Shown here piece after piece: positions 15,001 through 29,404 of a stretch of 64,000 nucleotides of DNA; within the stretch, counting starts at the first letter, position 1, and the number at the start of each line of letters is the position of its first letter. Source of the stretch: Eledone cirrhosa. Taxonomy: Eukaryota. Below the pieces are notes generated by a model that made no database searches, had not been told where the DNA came from, and was given only the letters and a program-made list of their open reading frames with translations. The translations under genes were made by a program, and so were the position numbers. The stretch covers positions 277,421-341,420 of the forward strand of contig CAXHJY010001327.1 of NCBI GenBank assembly GCA_964016885.1. The letters run 5' to 3'.

Positions 15001-18000
15001 AATGAAACATAGAACTAGTAATGACTGTTATAATGAAATATAGAACTAGTAATGACTGTTACAATGAAATATAGAACTAGTAATGACTGTTACAATGAAA
15101 TATAGAACTAGTAATGACTGTTACAATGAAATATAGAACTAGTAATGACTGTTACATTGAAATATAAAACTAGTAATGGCTATTACAATGAAATATAGAA
15201 CTAGTAATGACTGTTACATTGAAATATAAAACTAGTAATGGCGTTTACAATGAAATATAGAACTAGTAATGACTGTTACAATGAAATATAAAACTAGTAA
15301 TGACTGTTACAATGAAATATAAAACTAGTAATGACTTATAATGAAATATAGAATTAGTAATGACTGTTACAATGAAATATAAAACTAGTAATGACTGTTA
15401 CAATGAAATATTGAACAAGTAATGACTGTTACAATGAAATATAAAACTAGTAATGACTGTTACAACGAACTATAAAACTAGTAATGACTGTTACAATTAA
15501 ATATAGTACTAGAAATGACTGTTACAATGAATATAAAACTAGTAATGACTGTTACCATGAATATAAAACTAGTAATGACTTACCATGAATATAAAACTAG
15601 TAATGACTGTTACAATGAAAAATAGTTCTAGTAATGACTGTTACGATGAAATATAGTTCTAGTAATGACTGTTATAATGAAATATAGAACTGGTAATGAC
15701 TGTTACAATGAAATATAGAACTGGTAATGACTGTTACAATGAAATATAGAACTAGTATTGACTGTGACAATGAAATATAGAATTAGTAATGACTGTTACA
15801 ATTAAATAAAGAACTAGTAATGACTGTTACAATGAAATATAAAACTAGTAATGACTGTTACAATGAAATATAGAACTAGTAATGACTGTTACAATGAAAT
15901 ATAGAACTACTAATGACTGTTACAATGAAATATAGAACTAGTAATGACTGAAATATAGAACTAGTAATGACTGTTATAATGAAATATAAAACTAGTAATG
16001 ACTGTTTCAATGAAAAATAAAACAAGTAATGACTGTTTCAATGAAAAATAGAACTAGTAATGACTGTTACAATGAAATATAGAACTAGTAATGACTGTTA
16101 CAATGAATATAAAACTAGTAATGACTGTTACAATGAAATATAGAACTAACAGTGACTGTGACAATGAAATATAGAACTAGTAATGACTGTTACAATTAAA
16201 TATAGAACTAGTAATGACTGTTACAGTGAATATAAAACTAGTAATGACTGTTATGATGAATATAAAACTAGTAATGACTGTTACAATGAAATATAAAACT
16301 AGTAATGACTGTTACAATGAAATATAAAATTAGTAATGACTGTTACAATGAAATATAAAACTAGTAATGACTGTTACAATGAAATATAAAACTAGTAATG
16401 ACTGTTACAATGAAATATAAAACTAGTAATGACTGTTACAATGAAATATAAAACTAGTAATGACTGTTACGATGAATATAAAACTAGTAATGACTGTTAC
16501 AATGAAATATAAAACTAGTACTGACTGTTACAATGAAATATAAAACTAGTAATGACTGTTACAATGAAATATAAAACTAGTAATGACTGTTACAATGAAT
16601 ATAAAACTAGTAATGACTGTTACAAGGAATATAAAACTAGTAATAACTGTTATAATGAAATATAGAACTAGTAATGACTGTTTCAATGAAATATAGAACT
16701 AGTAATGACTGTTAAAATGAAATATAGAAGTAGTAATGACTGTTAAAATGAAATATAGAACTAGTAATGGCTGTTACAATAAAATATAGAACTAGTAATG
16801 ACTGTTACAATGAAATATAAAACTAGTAGTGACTGTTACATTGAAATATAAAACTAGTAATGGCTATTACAATGAAATATAGAACTATTAATGACTGTTA
16901 CAATGAAATATAAAACTAGTAATGAGTTATAATGAAATACAGAATTAGTAATGACTGTTACAATGAAATATAGAACTAGTAATGACTGTTACAATGAAAT
17001 AATGAACTAGTAATGATTGTTACAATGAAATATTAAACTAGTAATGACTGTTACAATGAAATAGAATACTAGTAATGACTGTTACAATGAATATAAAACT
17101 AGTAATGACTGTTACCATGAATATAAAACTAGTAATGAGTTATGATTATAAAACTAGTAATGACTGTTATAATGAAATATAGAACTAGTAATGACTATTA
17201 CAATGAAATATAGAACTAGTAATGACTGTTACATTGAAATATAAAACTAGTAATGACTGTTATAATAAAATATAGAACTGGTAATGACTGTTACAATGAA
17301 ATATAAAACTAGTAATGACTGTTACAATGAAATAGAGAACTAGTAATGACTGTTACAATGAATATAAAACTAGTAATGACTGTTACATTGAAATATAAAA
17401 CTAGTAATGACTGTTACAATGAAATATTGAACAAGTAATGACTGTTACAATGAAATATAAAACTAGTAATGACTGTTACAACGAACTATAAAACTAGTAA
17501 TGACTGTTACAATGAAATATAGTACTAGAAATGACTGTTACAATGAATATAAAACTAGTAATGACTGTTACAATGAATATAAAACTAGTAATGACTTACC
17601 ATGAATATAAAACTAGTAATGACTGTTACAATGAAAAATAGTTCTAGTAATTACTGTTACAATGAAATATAGTTCTAGTAATGACTGTTATAATGAAATA
17701 TAGAACTGGTAATGACTGTTACAATGAAATATAGAACGAGTATTGACTGTGGCAATGAAATATAGAATTAGTAATGACTGTCACAATGAAATATAGTTCT
17801 AGTAATGACGGTTACAATGAAATATAGAACTAGTAATGACTGTTACAATGAAATATAGAACTAGTAATGACTGTTACAATGAAATATAGAACTAGTAATG
17901 ACTGTTACAATGAAATATACAACTATTAATGACTGTTACAATGAAATAATGAACTAGTGATGACTGTTACAATGAAATAATGAACTAGTCATGACTGTTA

Positions 18001-21000
18001 CAATGAAATATAAAACTAGTAATGACTGTTACAATGAAATATAGTACTAGTAATGACTGTTACAATGAATATAAAACTAGTAATGACTGTTACCATGAAT
18101 ATAAAACTAGTAATGACTTACCATGAATATAAAACTAGTAATGACTGTTACAATGAAATATAGTTCTAGTAATGACTGTTACAATGAAATATAGAACTGG
18201 TAATGACTGTTACAATGAAATATAAAACTAGTAATGACTGTTACAATGAAATATAAAACTACTAATGACTTATAATGAAATATAGAATTAGTAATGACTG
18301 TTACAATGAAATATAAAACTAGTAATGACTGTTACAATGAAATATTGAACTAGTAATGACTGTTACAATGAAATATAAAACTAGTAATGACTGTTACAAT
18401 GAACTATAAAACTAGTAATGACTGTTACAATGAAATATAGTACTAGTAATGACTGTTACAATGAATATAAAACTAGTAATGACTGTTACAATGAATATAA
18501 AACTAGTAATGACTATTATAATGAAATATAGAACAAGTAATGACTGTTACAATGAAATATAGAACTAGAAATGACTGTTACATTGAAATATAAAACTAAT
18601 AATGGCTATTACAATGAAATATAGAACTAGTAATGACTGTTCCAATGAAATATAGAACTAGTAATGACTGTTACAATCAAATATAAAACTAGTAATGACT
18701 GTTACAATCAAATATAAAACTAGTAATGACTTATAATGAAATATAGAATTAGTAATGACTGTTACAATGAAATATAAAACTAGTAATGACTGTTACAATG
18801 AAATAATGAACTAGTAATGACTGTTACAATGAAATATAAAACTAGTAATGACTGTTACAATGAAATATAGTACTAGTAATGACTGTTACAATTAATATAA
18901 AACTAGTAATGACTGTTACCATGAATATAAAACTAGTAATGACTGTGACCATGAATATAAAACTAGTAATGACTGTGACCATGAATATAAAACTAGTAAT
19001 GACTGTTACAATGAAATATAAAACCAGTAATGACTTACCATGAATATAAAACTAGTAATGACTGTTACCATGAATATAAAACTAGTAATGACTGTTACCA
19101 TGAATATAAAACTAGTAATGACTGTTACAATGAAATATAGTTCTAGTAATGACTGTTACAATGAAATATAGAACTGGTAATGACTGTTACAATGAAATAT
19201 AAAACTAGTAATGACTGTTACAATGAAATATAAAACTAATAATGACTTATAATGAAATATAGAATTAGTAATGACTGTTACAATGAAATATAAAACTAGT
19301 AATGACTGTTACAATGAAATATAAAACTAGTAATGACTGTTACAATGAACTATAAAACTAGTAATGACTGTTACAATGAACTATAAAACTAGTAATGACT
19401 GTTACAATGAAATATAGTACTAGAAATGACTGTTACAATGAATATAAAACTAGTAATGACTGTTACCATGAATATAAAACTAGTAATGACTTACCATGAA
19501 TATAAAACTAGTAATGACTGTTACAATGAAATATAGTTCTAGTAATGACTGTTACAATGAAATATAGTTCTAGTAATGACTGTTACAATGAAATATAGTT
19601 CTAGTAATGACTGTTACAATGAAATATAGTTCTAGTAATGACTGTTACAATGAAATATAGAACTGGTAATGACTGTTACAATGAAATATAAAACTAGTAA
19701 TGACTGTTACAATGAAATATAGTACTAGTAATGACTGTTACAATGAATATAAAACTAGTAATGACTGTTACCATGAATATAAAACTAGTAATGACTGTGA
19801 CCATGAATATAAAACTAGTAATGACTGTGACCATGAATATAAAACTAGTAATGACTGTTACAATGAAATATAAAACCAGTAATGACTTACCATGAATATA
19901 AAACTAGTAATGACTGTTACCATGAATATAAAACTAGTAATGACTGTTACAATGAAATATAGTTCTAGTAATGACTGTTACAATGAAATATAGAACTGGT
20001 AATGACTGTTACAATGAAATATAAAACTAGTAATGACTGTTACAATGAAATATAAAACTAATAATGACTTATAATGAAATATAGAATTAGTAATGACTGT
20101 TACAATGAAATATAAAACTAGTAATGACTGTTACAATGAAATATAAAACTAGTAATGGCTGTTACAATGAACTATAAAACTAGTAATGACTGTTACAATG
20201 AACTATAAAACTAGTAATGACTGTTACAATGAAATATAGTACTAGAAATGACTGTTACAATGAATATAAAACTAGTAATGACTGTTACCATGAATATAAA
20301 ACTAGTAATGACTTACCATGAATATAAAACTAGTAATGACTGTTACAATGAAATATAGTTCTAGTAATGACTGTTACAATGAAATATAGTTCTAGTAATG
20401 ACTGTTACAATGAAATATAGTTCTAGTAATGACTGTTACAATGAAATATAGTTCTAGTAATGACTGTTACAATGAAATATAGAACTGGTAATGACTGTTA
20501 CAATGAAATATAGATCTACTAATGACTGTTACAATGAAATATAGAACTAGTATTGACTGCGACAATGAAATATAGAATTAGTAATGACTGTCACAATGAA
20601 ATATAGTTCTAGTAATGACTGTTACAATGAAATATAGAACTAGTAATGACTGTTACAATGAAATATACAACTAGTAATGACTGTTACAATGAAATATAGA
20701 ACAAGTAATGGCTGTTACAATGAAATATAGAACTAGTAATGACTGTTACAATGAAAAATAGAATTAGGAATGACTGTCACAATGAAATATAGAACTAGTA
20801 ATGACTGTTACAATGAAATATAGAACTAGTAATGACTGTTACAATGAAATATAGAACTAGTAATGACTGTTACATTGAAATATAAAACTAGTAATGGCTA
20901 TTACAATGAAATATAGAACTAGTAATGGCTATTACAATGAAATATAGAACTAGTAATGACTGTTACATTGAAATATAAAACTAGTAATGGCTTTTACAAT

Positions 21001-24000
21001 GAAATATAGAACTAGTAATGACTTATAATGAAGTATAGAATTAGTAATGACTGTTACAATGAATATAAAACTAGTAATGACTGTTACCATGAATATAAAA
21101 CTAGTAATGACTGTTACAATGAATATAAAACTAGTAATGACTGTTACAATGAATATAAAACTAGTAATGACTGTTACAATGAAATATAGAACAAGTAATG
21201 ACTGTTACAATGAAATATAGAACTAGTAATGACTGTTACAATGAAAAATAGAATTAGGAATGACTGTCACAATGAAATATAGAACTAGTAATGACTGTTA
21301 CAATGAAATATAGAACTAGTAATGACTGTTACAATGAAATATAGAACTAGTAATGACTGTTACATTGAAATATAAAACTAGTAATGGCTATTACAATGAA
21401 ATATAGAACTAGTAATGGCTATTACAATGAAATATAGAACTAGTAATGACTGTTACATTGAAATATAAAACTAGTAATGGCTTTTACAATGAAATATAGA
21501 ACTAGTAATGACTTATAATGAAGTATAGAATTAGTAATGACTGTTACAATGAATATAAAGCTAGTAATGACTGTTACCATGAATATAAAACTAGTAATGA
21601 CTGTTACCATGAATATAAAACTAGTAATGACTGTTACAATGAATATAAAACTAGTAATGACTGTTACAATGAATATAAAACTAGTAATGACTGTTACAAT
21701 GAATATAAAACTAGTAATGACTGTTATAATGAAATATAGAACTAGTAATGACTGTTATAATGAAATATAGAACTAGTAATGACTGTTACAATGAAATATA
21801 GAACTAGTAATGACTGTTACAATGAAATATAGAACTAGTAATGACTGTTACATTGAAATATAAAACTAGTAATGGCTATTACAATGAAATATAGAACTAG
21901 TAATGACTGTTACATTGAAATATAAAACTAGTAATGGCTTTTACAATGAAATATAGAACTAGTAATGACTGTTACAATGAAATATAAAACTAGTAATGAC
22001 TTATAATGAAATATAGAATTAGTAATGATTGTTACAATGAAATATAAAACTAGTAATGACTGTTACAATGAAATATTGAACAAGTAATGACTGTTACAAT
22101 GAAATATAAAACTAGTAATGACTGTTACAACGAACTATAAAACTAGTAATGACTGTTACAATGAAATATAGTACTAGAAATGACTGTTACAATGAATATA
22201 AAACTAGTAATGACTGTTACCATGAATATAAAACTAGTAATGACTTACCATGAATATAAAACTAGTAATGACTGTTACAATGAAAAATAGTTCTAGTAAT
22301 GACTGTTACGATGAAATATAGTTCTAGTAATGACTGTTATAATGAAATATAGAACTGGTAATGACTGTTACAATGAAATATAGAACTGGTAATGACTGTT
22401 ACAATGAAATATAGAACTAGTAATGACTGTGACAATGAAATATAGAATTAGTAATGACTGTTACAATTAAATAAAGAACTAGTAATGACTGTTACAATGA
22501 AATATAAAACTAGTAATGACTGTTACAATGAAATATAGAACTAGTAATGACTGTTACAATGAAATATAGAACTACTAATGACTGTTACAATGAAATATAG
22601 AACTAGTAATGACTGAAATATAGAACTAGTAATGACTGTTATAATGAAATATAAAACTAGTAATGACTGTTTCAATGAAAAATAAAACAAGTAATGACTG
22701 TTTCAATGAAAAATAGAACTAGTAATGACTGTTACAATGAAATATAGAACTAGTAATGACTGTTACAATGAATATAAAACTAGTAATGACTGTTACAATG
22801 AAATATAGAACTAACAGTGACTGTGACAATGAAATGTAGAACTAGTAATGACTGTTACAATTAAATATAGAACTAGTAATGACTGTTACAGTGAATATAA
22901 AACTAGTAATGACTGTTATGATGAATATAAAACTAGTAATGACTGTTACAATGAAATATAAAACTAGTAATGACTGTTACAATGAAATATAAAACTAGTA
23001 ATGACTGTTACAATGAAATATAAAACTAGTAATGACTGTTACAATGAAATATAAAACTAGTAATGACTGTTACAATGAAATATAAAACTAGTAATGACTG
23101 TTACAATGAAATATAAAACTAGTAATGACTGTTACAATGAAATATAAAACTAGTAATGACTGTTACGATGAATATAAAACTAGTAATGACTGTTACAATG
23201 AAATATAAAACTAGTACTGACTGTTACAATGAAATATAAAACTAGTAATGACTGTTACAATGAAATATAAAACTAGTAATGACTGTTACAATGAATATAA
23301 AACTAGTAATGACTGTTACAAGGAATATAAAACTAGTAATAACTGTTATAATGAAATATAGAACTAGTAATGACTGTTTCAATGAAATATAGAACTAGTA
23401 ATGACTGTTAAAATGAAATATAGAAGTAGTAATGACTGTTAAAATGAAATATAGAACTAGTAATGGCTGTTACAATAAAATATAGAACTAGTAATGACTG
23501 TTACAATGAAATATAAAACTAGTAATGACTGTTACATTGAAATATAAAACTAGTAATGGCTATTACAATGAAATATAGAACTATTAATGACTGTTACAAT
23601 GAAATATAAAACTAGTAATGAGTTATAATGAAATACAGAATTAGTAATGACTGTTACAATGAAATATAGAACTAGTAATGACTGTTACAATGAAATAATG
23701 AACTAGTAATGATTGTTACAATGAAATATTAAACTAGTAATGACTGTTACAATGAAATAGAATACTAGTAATGACTGTTACAATGAATATAAAACTAGTA
23801 ATGACTGTTACCATGAATATAAAACTAGTAATGACTTATGAATATAAAACTAGTAATGACTGTTATAATGAAATATAGAACTAGTAATGACTATTACAAT
23901 GAAATATAGAACTAGTAATGACTGTTACATTGAAATATAAAACTAGTAATGACTGTTATAATAAAATATAGAACTGGTAATGACTGTTACAATGAAATAT

Positions 24001-26325
24001 AAAACTAGTAATGACTGTTACAATGAAATAGAGAACTAGTAATGACTGTTACAATGAATATAAAACTAGTAATGACTGTTACATTGAAATATAAAACTAG
24101 TAATGACTGTTACAATGAAATATAAAACTAGTAATGACTGTTACAATGAAATATAGAACTAGTAATGACTGTTTCAATGAAATATAGAACTAGTAATGAC
24201 TGTTACAATGAAATATAGAACTAGTAATGACTGTTACATTGAAATATAAAACTAGTAATGGCTGTTACAATGAAATATAGAACTAGTAATGACTGTTACA
24301 ATGAAATATAAAACTAGTAATGACTGTCACAATGAAATATAGTACTGAAAATGACTGTTACAATGAATATAAAACTAGTAATGACTGTTACCATGAATAT
24401 AAAACTAGTAATGACTTACCATGAACATAAAACTAGTAATGACTGTTACAATGAAATATAGTACTAGAAATGACTGTTACAAGGAATATAAAACTAGTAA
24501 TGACTGTTACAATGAAATATAAAACTAGTAATGACTGTTACAATGAAATATAAAACATGCAATGACTGTTTCAATGAAATATAGAACTAGTAATGACTGT
24601 TACAAGGAATATAAAACTAGTAATGACTGTTACAAGGAATATAAAACTAGTAATGACTGTTATAATGAAATATAGAACTATTAATGACTGTTACAATGAA
24701 ATATAGAACTAGTAATGACTGTTACAATGAAATATAAAAATTGTAATGACTGTTACAATGAAATATAGAACTAGTAATGACTGTTACAAGGAATATAAAA
24801 CTAGTAATGACTGTTACAAGGAATATAAAACTAGTAATGACTGTTATAATGAAATATAGAACTATTAATGACTGTTACAATGAAATATAGAACTAGTAAT
24901 GACTGTTACAATGAATACAAAACTAGTAATGACTGTTACAATGAATATAAAACTAGTAATGACTGTTACAATGAAATATAGAACTAGTAATGACTGTTAC
25001 AATGAAATATAGAACTAGTAATGACTGTTACATTGAAATATAAAACTAGTAATGGCTATTACAATGAAATATAGAACTAGTAATGACTGTTACAATGAAT
25101 ATAAAACTAGTAATGACTGTTACAATGAAATATAGAATTAGTAATGACTGTTACAATTAAATAAAGAACTAGTAATGACTGTTACAATGAAATATAGAAC
25201 TAGTAATGCCTGTTACAATGAAATATAGAACTAGTAATGACTGTTACAATGAAATATAGAACTAGTAATGACTGTTACAATGAAATATAGAACTAGTAAT
25301 GACTGTTACAATGAAATATAGTACTAGTAATGACTGTTACAATGAACATAAAACTAGTAATGACTGTTACAATGAAATATAGAACTAGTAATGACTGTTA
25401 CAATGAAATATAGAACTATTAATGACTGTTACAATGAAATATAGTACTAGTAATGACTGTTACAATGAACATAAAACTAGTAATGACTGTTACAATGAAA
25501 TATAGAACTAGTAATGACTGTTACAATGAAATATAGAACTAGTAATGACTGTTACAATGAAATATAGAACTAGTAATGACTGTTACAATGAAATATAGAA
25601 CTAGTAATGACTGTTACAATGAAATATAGAACTAGTAATGACTGTTACAATGAATATAAAACTAGTAATGACTGTTACAATGAAATATAGAACTAGTAAT
25701 GTCTGTTACAATGAAATAAAGAACTAGTAATGACTGTTACAATGAAATATAGAACTAGTAATGACTGTTACAATGAAATATAGAACTAGTAATGACTGTT
25801 ACAATGAAATATACAACTAGTAATGACTGAAATATAGAACTAGTAATGACTGTTATAATGAAATATAAAACTAGTAATGACTTGAAATGAAATATAAAAC
25901 TAGTAATGACTTACCATGAATATAAAACTAGTAATGACTGTTACAATGAAATATAGTTCTAGTAATGACTGTTACAATGAATTATAGTTCTAGTAATGAC
26001 TGTTACAATGAAATATAGAACTGGTAATGACTGTTACAATGAAATATAGAACTAGTATTGACTGTGATAATGAAATATAGAATTAGTGATGACTGTCACA
26101 ATGAAATATAGTTCTAGTAATGACTGTTACAATGAAATATAGGACTAGTAATGACTGTAACAATGAAATATAGAACTAGTAATGACTGTTACAATGAAAT
26201 ATAAAACTAGTAATGATTGTTACAATGAAATAATGAACTAGTAATGACTGTTACAATGAAATATAAAACTAGTAATGACTGTTACAATGAAATATAGTAT
26301 TAGTAATGACTGTTACAATGAATAT
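1..26325. repeat. 30/31-bp AT-rich tandem satellite, left block (continues past the window's left edge)
   Basis: Continuous tandem monomers GAAATATAGAACTAGTAATGACTGTTACAAT (31 bp), GAATATAAAACTAGTAATGACTGTTACAAT (30 bp) and 27-28 bp variants lacking TGT. Rare variants recur at ~1.5, ~3 and ~6.1-7.7 kb spacing. Confidence 0.99.
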
Positions 26326-29300
26326 CATCATCACCGTTTTAGGTCCGTTCTTCCACGCTAGCATGGGTTAGACGGGTTGTCCTGTTGTGGGCAGTGTCTG
26401 GTCGGCTGACCATGCCTTGCTCATACAGGAACTGATCTGGCTTGATTTCTACAGCTGGATGCCCTTCCTAACACCAACCTCATTTACAGTGAGTGCTGGG
26501 TGCTTTTTCGTGGCGCCTACACGTCCACTTTACAGTGTGGGCTGGGTGCTTTTTTGCCGTGGCACCTCCACGACCACCTTGCGGTGGGGGGGGGGGGCAT
26601 ATTGTTTATATGCTTCAGCATGTACCCATGGGAGGTCGGGTACCCTGTATTACTGCGTGACGCCAGAAGTCACGGTCGTGTGTCATTGACTTTGAGAGGT
26701 GTAGTTGGGTAAGGTCGGCTTTTATCACCTCATCCCAAGTCATCTTGGGTCTCCCCACTCCGCGGTTTCCATCAACTTCTAGTGCTCTGCACCTTTTTAT
26801 GCAGCTGTCATCCTTCATACGCATCACATGTCCATACCAGCGTAACCGCCTCTCCTGCACGCAGCATTTGATTCCTCTTATGCTCAGTCTCTCTCTCAAT
26901 TCATTTATGCTTTGTCGTTCACGTATATTACTGTTACACATCCATCGGAGCATGCAGGCTTCGTTTCTCTCTAATCTACGTAAGTCTTCCACCTTCAGCG
27001 CCCAGGTCTCACTACCATGCAACATCGCTGTTCGGATACACGCATCATACAGTCTGCCTTTCATTCTGAGGGAGAAGCCTTTTGCAGCTAGCAGTGGTAG
27101 TAGTTCCCTAAACTTCTTCCATCCCGTTCTTACCCTAGTTATTGTACTTTCTGAGCACCCACCTCCGTTGCTAATTCGGTCACCTAGGTAGCAGAAGCTG
27201 TCTACTGTTTCTACAGGGCCCTCCCAGAGATTGGTGGTACTTGTTTCCTGTGGCTGTTTGCTTGCTGTTTCAGCACAGCTGCTGCATGTGAATCCTACAT
27301 TCTTAATTAAGCTTCCTGAGATCCCGCTACATCTCTTGTGTACCCATTGTTTGCATTTGGGGCAAAGAATGGAGTTCCTACCTACACCTTTCCTACATAC
27401 TGAGCAAGGCCATTTCCCTGAGGGGATCTGGGTTCTGTTTTCTCGTCTACTTATAAGGACCTTAGTCTTTGTCATGTTGACTTTGAGGCCCTTTCTCTCT
27501 AGTCCCTGCTTCCAGGTTTGGAATTTATTCTCTAGTTCTACCATAGATTCAGCTATGAGTGCGAGGTCATCAGCATACAGGAGTTCCCATGGGCATCCGG
27601 TCTTAAACTCCTCCGTTATTGCCTGCAGGACTATGATGAACAGGAGAGGGCTAAGAACAGAGCCCTGGTGGACCCCAACCTGTACGCTAAATTCCTCGCT
27701 ATACTCATTGCCAATCCTAACTTTGCTGACTGCTCCCCTATACATGGCTTGTACCGCTTTCACAAGCCATTCATCTACTCCTAGTTTTCTAAGAGCCCAC
27801 CAGATTACTGCACGTGGAACTCTGTCAAAGGCTTTCTCAAGGTCGACAAATGCCAAGTAGAGTGGCTTACTTTTAGCTAGGTACTTTTCCTGTAATTGCC
27901 TCACAAGGAAGAGCGCATCAGTGGTGCCTTTCCCTGGAACAAACCCAAATTGCATCTCGTCTATATTCACCCGGTCCCTAATCAGCTGTGCTATAACTCT
28001 TTCTGTTACTTTCATGACCTGGTCCATCAACTTTATACCTCTATAGTTTCCTCTATCTAGTGCATCGCCTTTACCTTTGTAGCAGTTGACAATGATGCTA
28101 CTGCACCAATCTTTTGGTATGGCCCCCTCTAGTATTACCTGGTTAACGATACGTGTGGTTATAGTGTGACCTACAGACCCAGATGCCTTCAGCATCTCGG
28201 CAGCTATACCCGATGGACCGGTTGCCTTCCCTATCTTCATATCTCTGATTGCCTTACTTACTACGCTGCCGCTGACTTGTACTGCTGGTCCCTCTATAGG
28301 GTCTACGTGGGGTAGGGTCTCTTCTTCCCATGCATTCTCCTCATTTAGTAATCTATCATAATGACTCTTCCATGCATCTTTCTTCTCAGCACTTGTGAGG
28401 GCAAGCTCACCTTTATCATTCCGGATACACTTCTCTCCAATGACATCACAACTATCTCTGACACACTGCCTCGCAATCTTGAATACCTCCTGTTTCTGGT
28501 CCTCACGTTGTAAAACATGCTTGAATTTTCTATCCTCTGCTTCCCTCCTAGCTAAGTATACTTGTCGCCTAGCTTCCCTCTTGGTCTCTATGTAATGTAC
28601 CCTGCTCCCCCCGTTCTTCCATTCTTTCCATGCTTGTCTCTTGGCCTTGACTGCTTCATCTACCTTATTGTTCCACCACCAAGTCACTCTCCTCCTGCTT
28701 GAGGTCTTACTCCAGCCACAAACCTCATCCGTCGCCTCTAGTAAGTTATTTTTTAGGAACTCCCAGTTCTCTTCTACGTTAAATGTCTCTATCTGTTCTT
28801 CTTTACTGTCGTAGGCGTTGAGTAAAATATCTTTAAATCTGTTACTGGTTGAGGGGACTTTCAGCTTCCAGATCTTTCTTCTCCAGGTTGGCCTCTGTTT
28901 CAGGGCTCGTCTAGTTCTGACCGTGAGGTCGCTGACAACTAAGCTATGTTGGGATGTACATTCCTCACTAGGGAAGGCTTTTGTGTTTACGACCGTCCAT
29001 CTGTCACGTCCTCTGATGAGGATAAAATCTAACTGACTAGAGTGCTCCCCTGATCTATAGGTGATCAGGTGGTTGTCGGGTTTTTTAAAGTTTGTGTTAC
29101 ATATCGACATGTCATTGGCGTCGCAGAATTCTAGAAGTCTGAATCCTTCCTCATTCCTTGTGCCAACTCCATGGCCTCCATGTACTCTATTGAAGCCGTC
29201 GCAGTGTTTACCTACGTGTCCGTTAAAATCTCCTGCAATGATTAGGAAGTCCTTGTCGTCTGTTAGAGCAGTAGTGTGTATTAGGGACTCGTAAAACCTA

Positions 29301-29404
29301 TCCTTAAGTTCGTCTGGCAGCCCCGATTGGGGTGCGTAAGCTGATATTATTGTGGTAATTGTCTTATTCAGGACTAGTCTGAGTTTAATGATTCTTGCAT
29401 TAAA
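26326..29404 (-). mobile_element. 5'-truncated young RTE-clade non-LTR retrotransposon inserted in the satellite
   Basis: APE endonuclease motifs (SAYAP, GDFNGHVG, SQLDFIL, SQH), RT motifs (QFGF, AFVDLEKAFD, QGSVLSP, YADD) and the RTE-type C-terminus RLRWYGHV...GRPKMTW. ~290-bp 3'UTR ending in (GAT)n. Flanked by GAATAT at 26320-26325 and 29405-29410. Confidence 0.97.
26615..29404 (-). CDS. RTE ORF (partial APE endonuclease, reverse transcriptase, PHD-type zinc finger), 5'-truncated but uninterrupted
   Basis: The ORF track gives 831 aa from Met 29110. The same frame stays open 98 more codons to the junction (FNARIIKLRLVLNKTITTIISAYAPQSG...GDFNGHVG...RLLEFCDANDM). The N-terminal endonuclease part and native start are missing. 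Confidence 0.93.
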   Translation of the reverse strand, partial: FNARIIKLRLVLNKTITTIISAYAPQSGLPDELKDRFYESLIHTTALTDDKDFLIIAGDFNGHVGKHCDGFNRVHGGHGVGTRNEEGFRLLEFCDANDMSICNTNFKKPDNHLITYRSGEHSSQLDFILIRGRDRWTVVNTKAFPSEECTSQHSLVVSDLTVRTRRALKQRPTWRRKIWKLKVPSTSNRFKDILLNAYDSKEEQIETFNVEENWEFLKNNLLEATDEVCGWSKTSSRRRVTWWWNNKVDEAVKAKRQAWKEWKNGGSRVHYIETKREARRQVYLARREAEDRKFKHVLQREDQKQEVFKIARQCVRDSCDVIGEKCIRNDKGELALTSAEKKDAWKSHYDRLLNEENAWEEETLPHVDPIEGPAVQVSGSVVSKAIRDMKIGKATGPSGIAAEMLKASGSVGHTITTRIVNQVILEGAIPKDWCSSIIVNCYKGKGDALDRGNYRGIKLMDQVMKVTERVIAQLIRDRVNIDEMQFGFVPGKGTTDALFLVRQLQEKYLAKSKPLYLAFVDLEKAFDRVPRAVIWWALRKLGVDEWLVKAVQAMYRGAVSKVRIGNEYSEEFSVQVGVHQGSVLSPLLFIIVLQAITEEFKTGCPWELLYADDLALIAESMVELENKFQTWKQGLERKGLKVNMTKTKVLISRRENRTQIPSGKWPCSVCRKGVGRNSILCPKCKQWVHKRCSGISGSLIKNVGFTCSSCAETASKQPQETSTTNLWEGPVETVDSFCYLGDRISNGGGCSESTITRVRTGWKKFRELLPLLAAKGFSLRMKGRLYDACIRTAMLHGSETWALKVEDLRRLERNEACMLRWMCNSNIRERQSINELRERLSIRGIKCCVQERRLRWYGHVMRMKDDSCIKRCRALEVDGNRGVGRPKMTWDEVIKADLTQLHLSKSMTHDRDFWRHAVIQGTRPPMGTC

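Noticed and set aside
26387-29294. Plus-strand ORFs overlapping the LINE
   Set aside because: Antisense shadows of the RTE ORF and 3'UTR with no recognisable domains.
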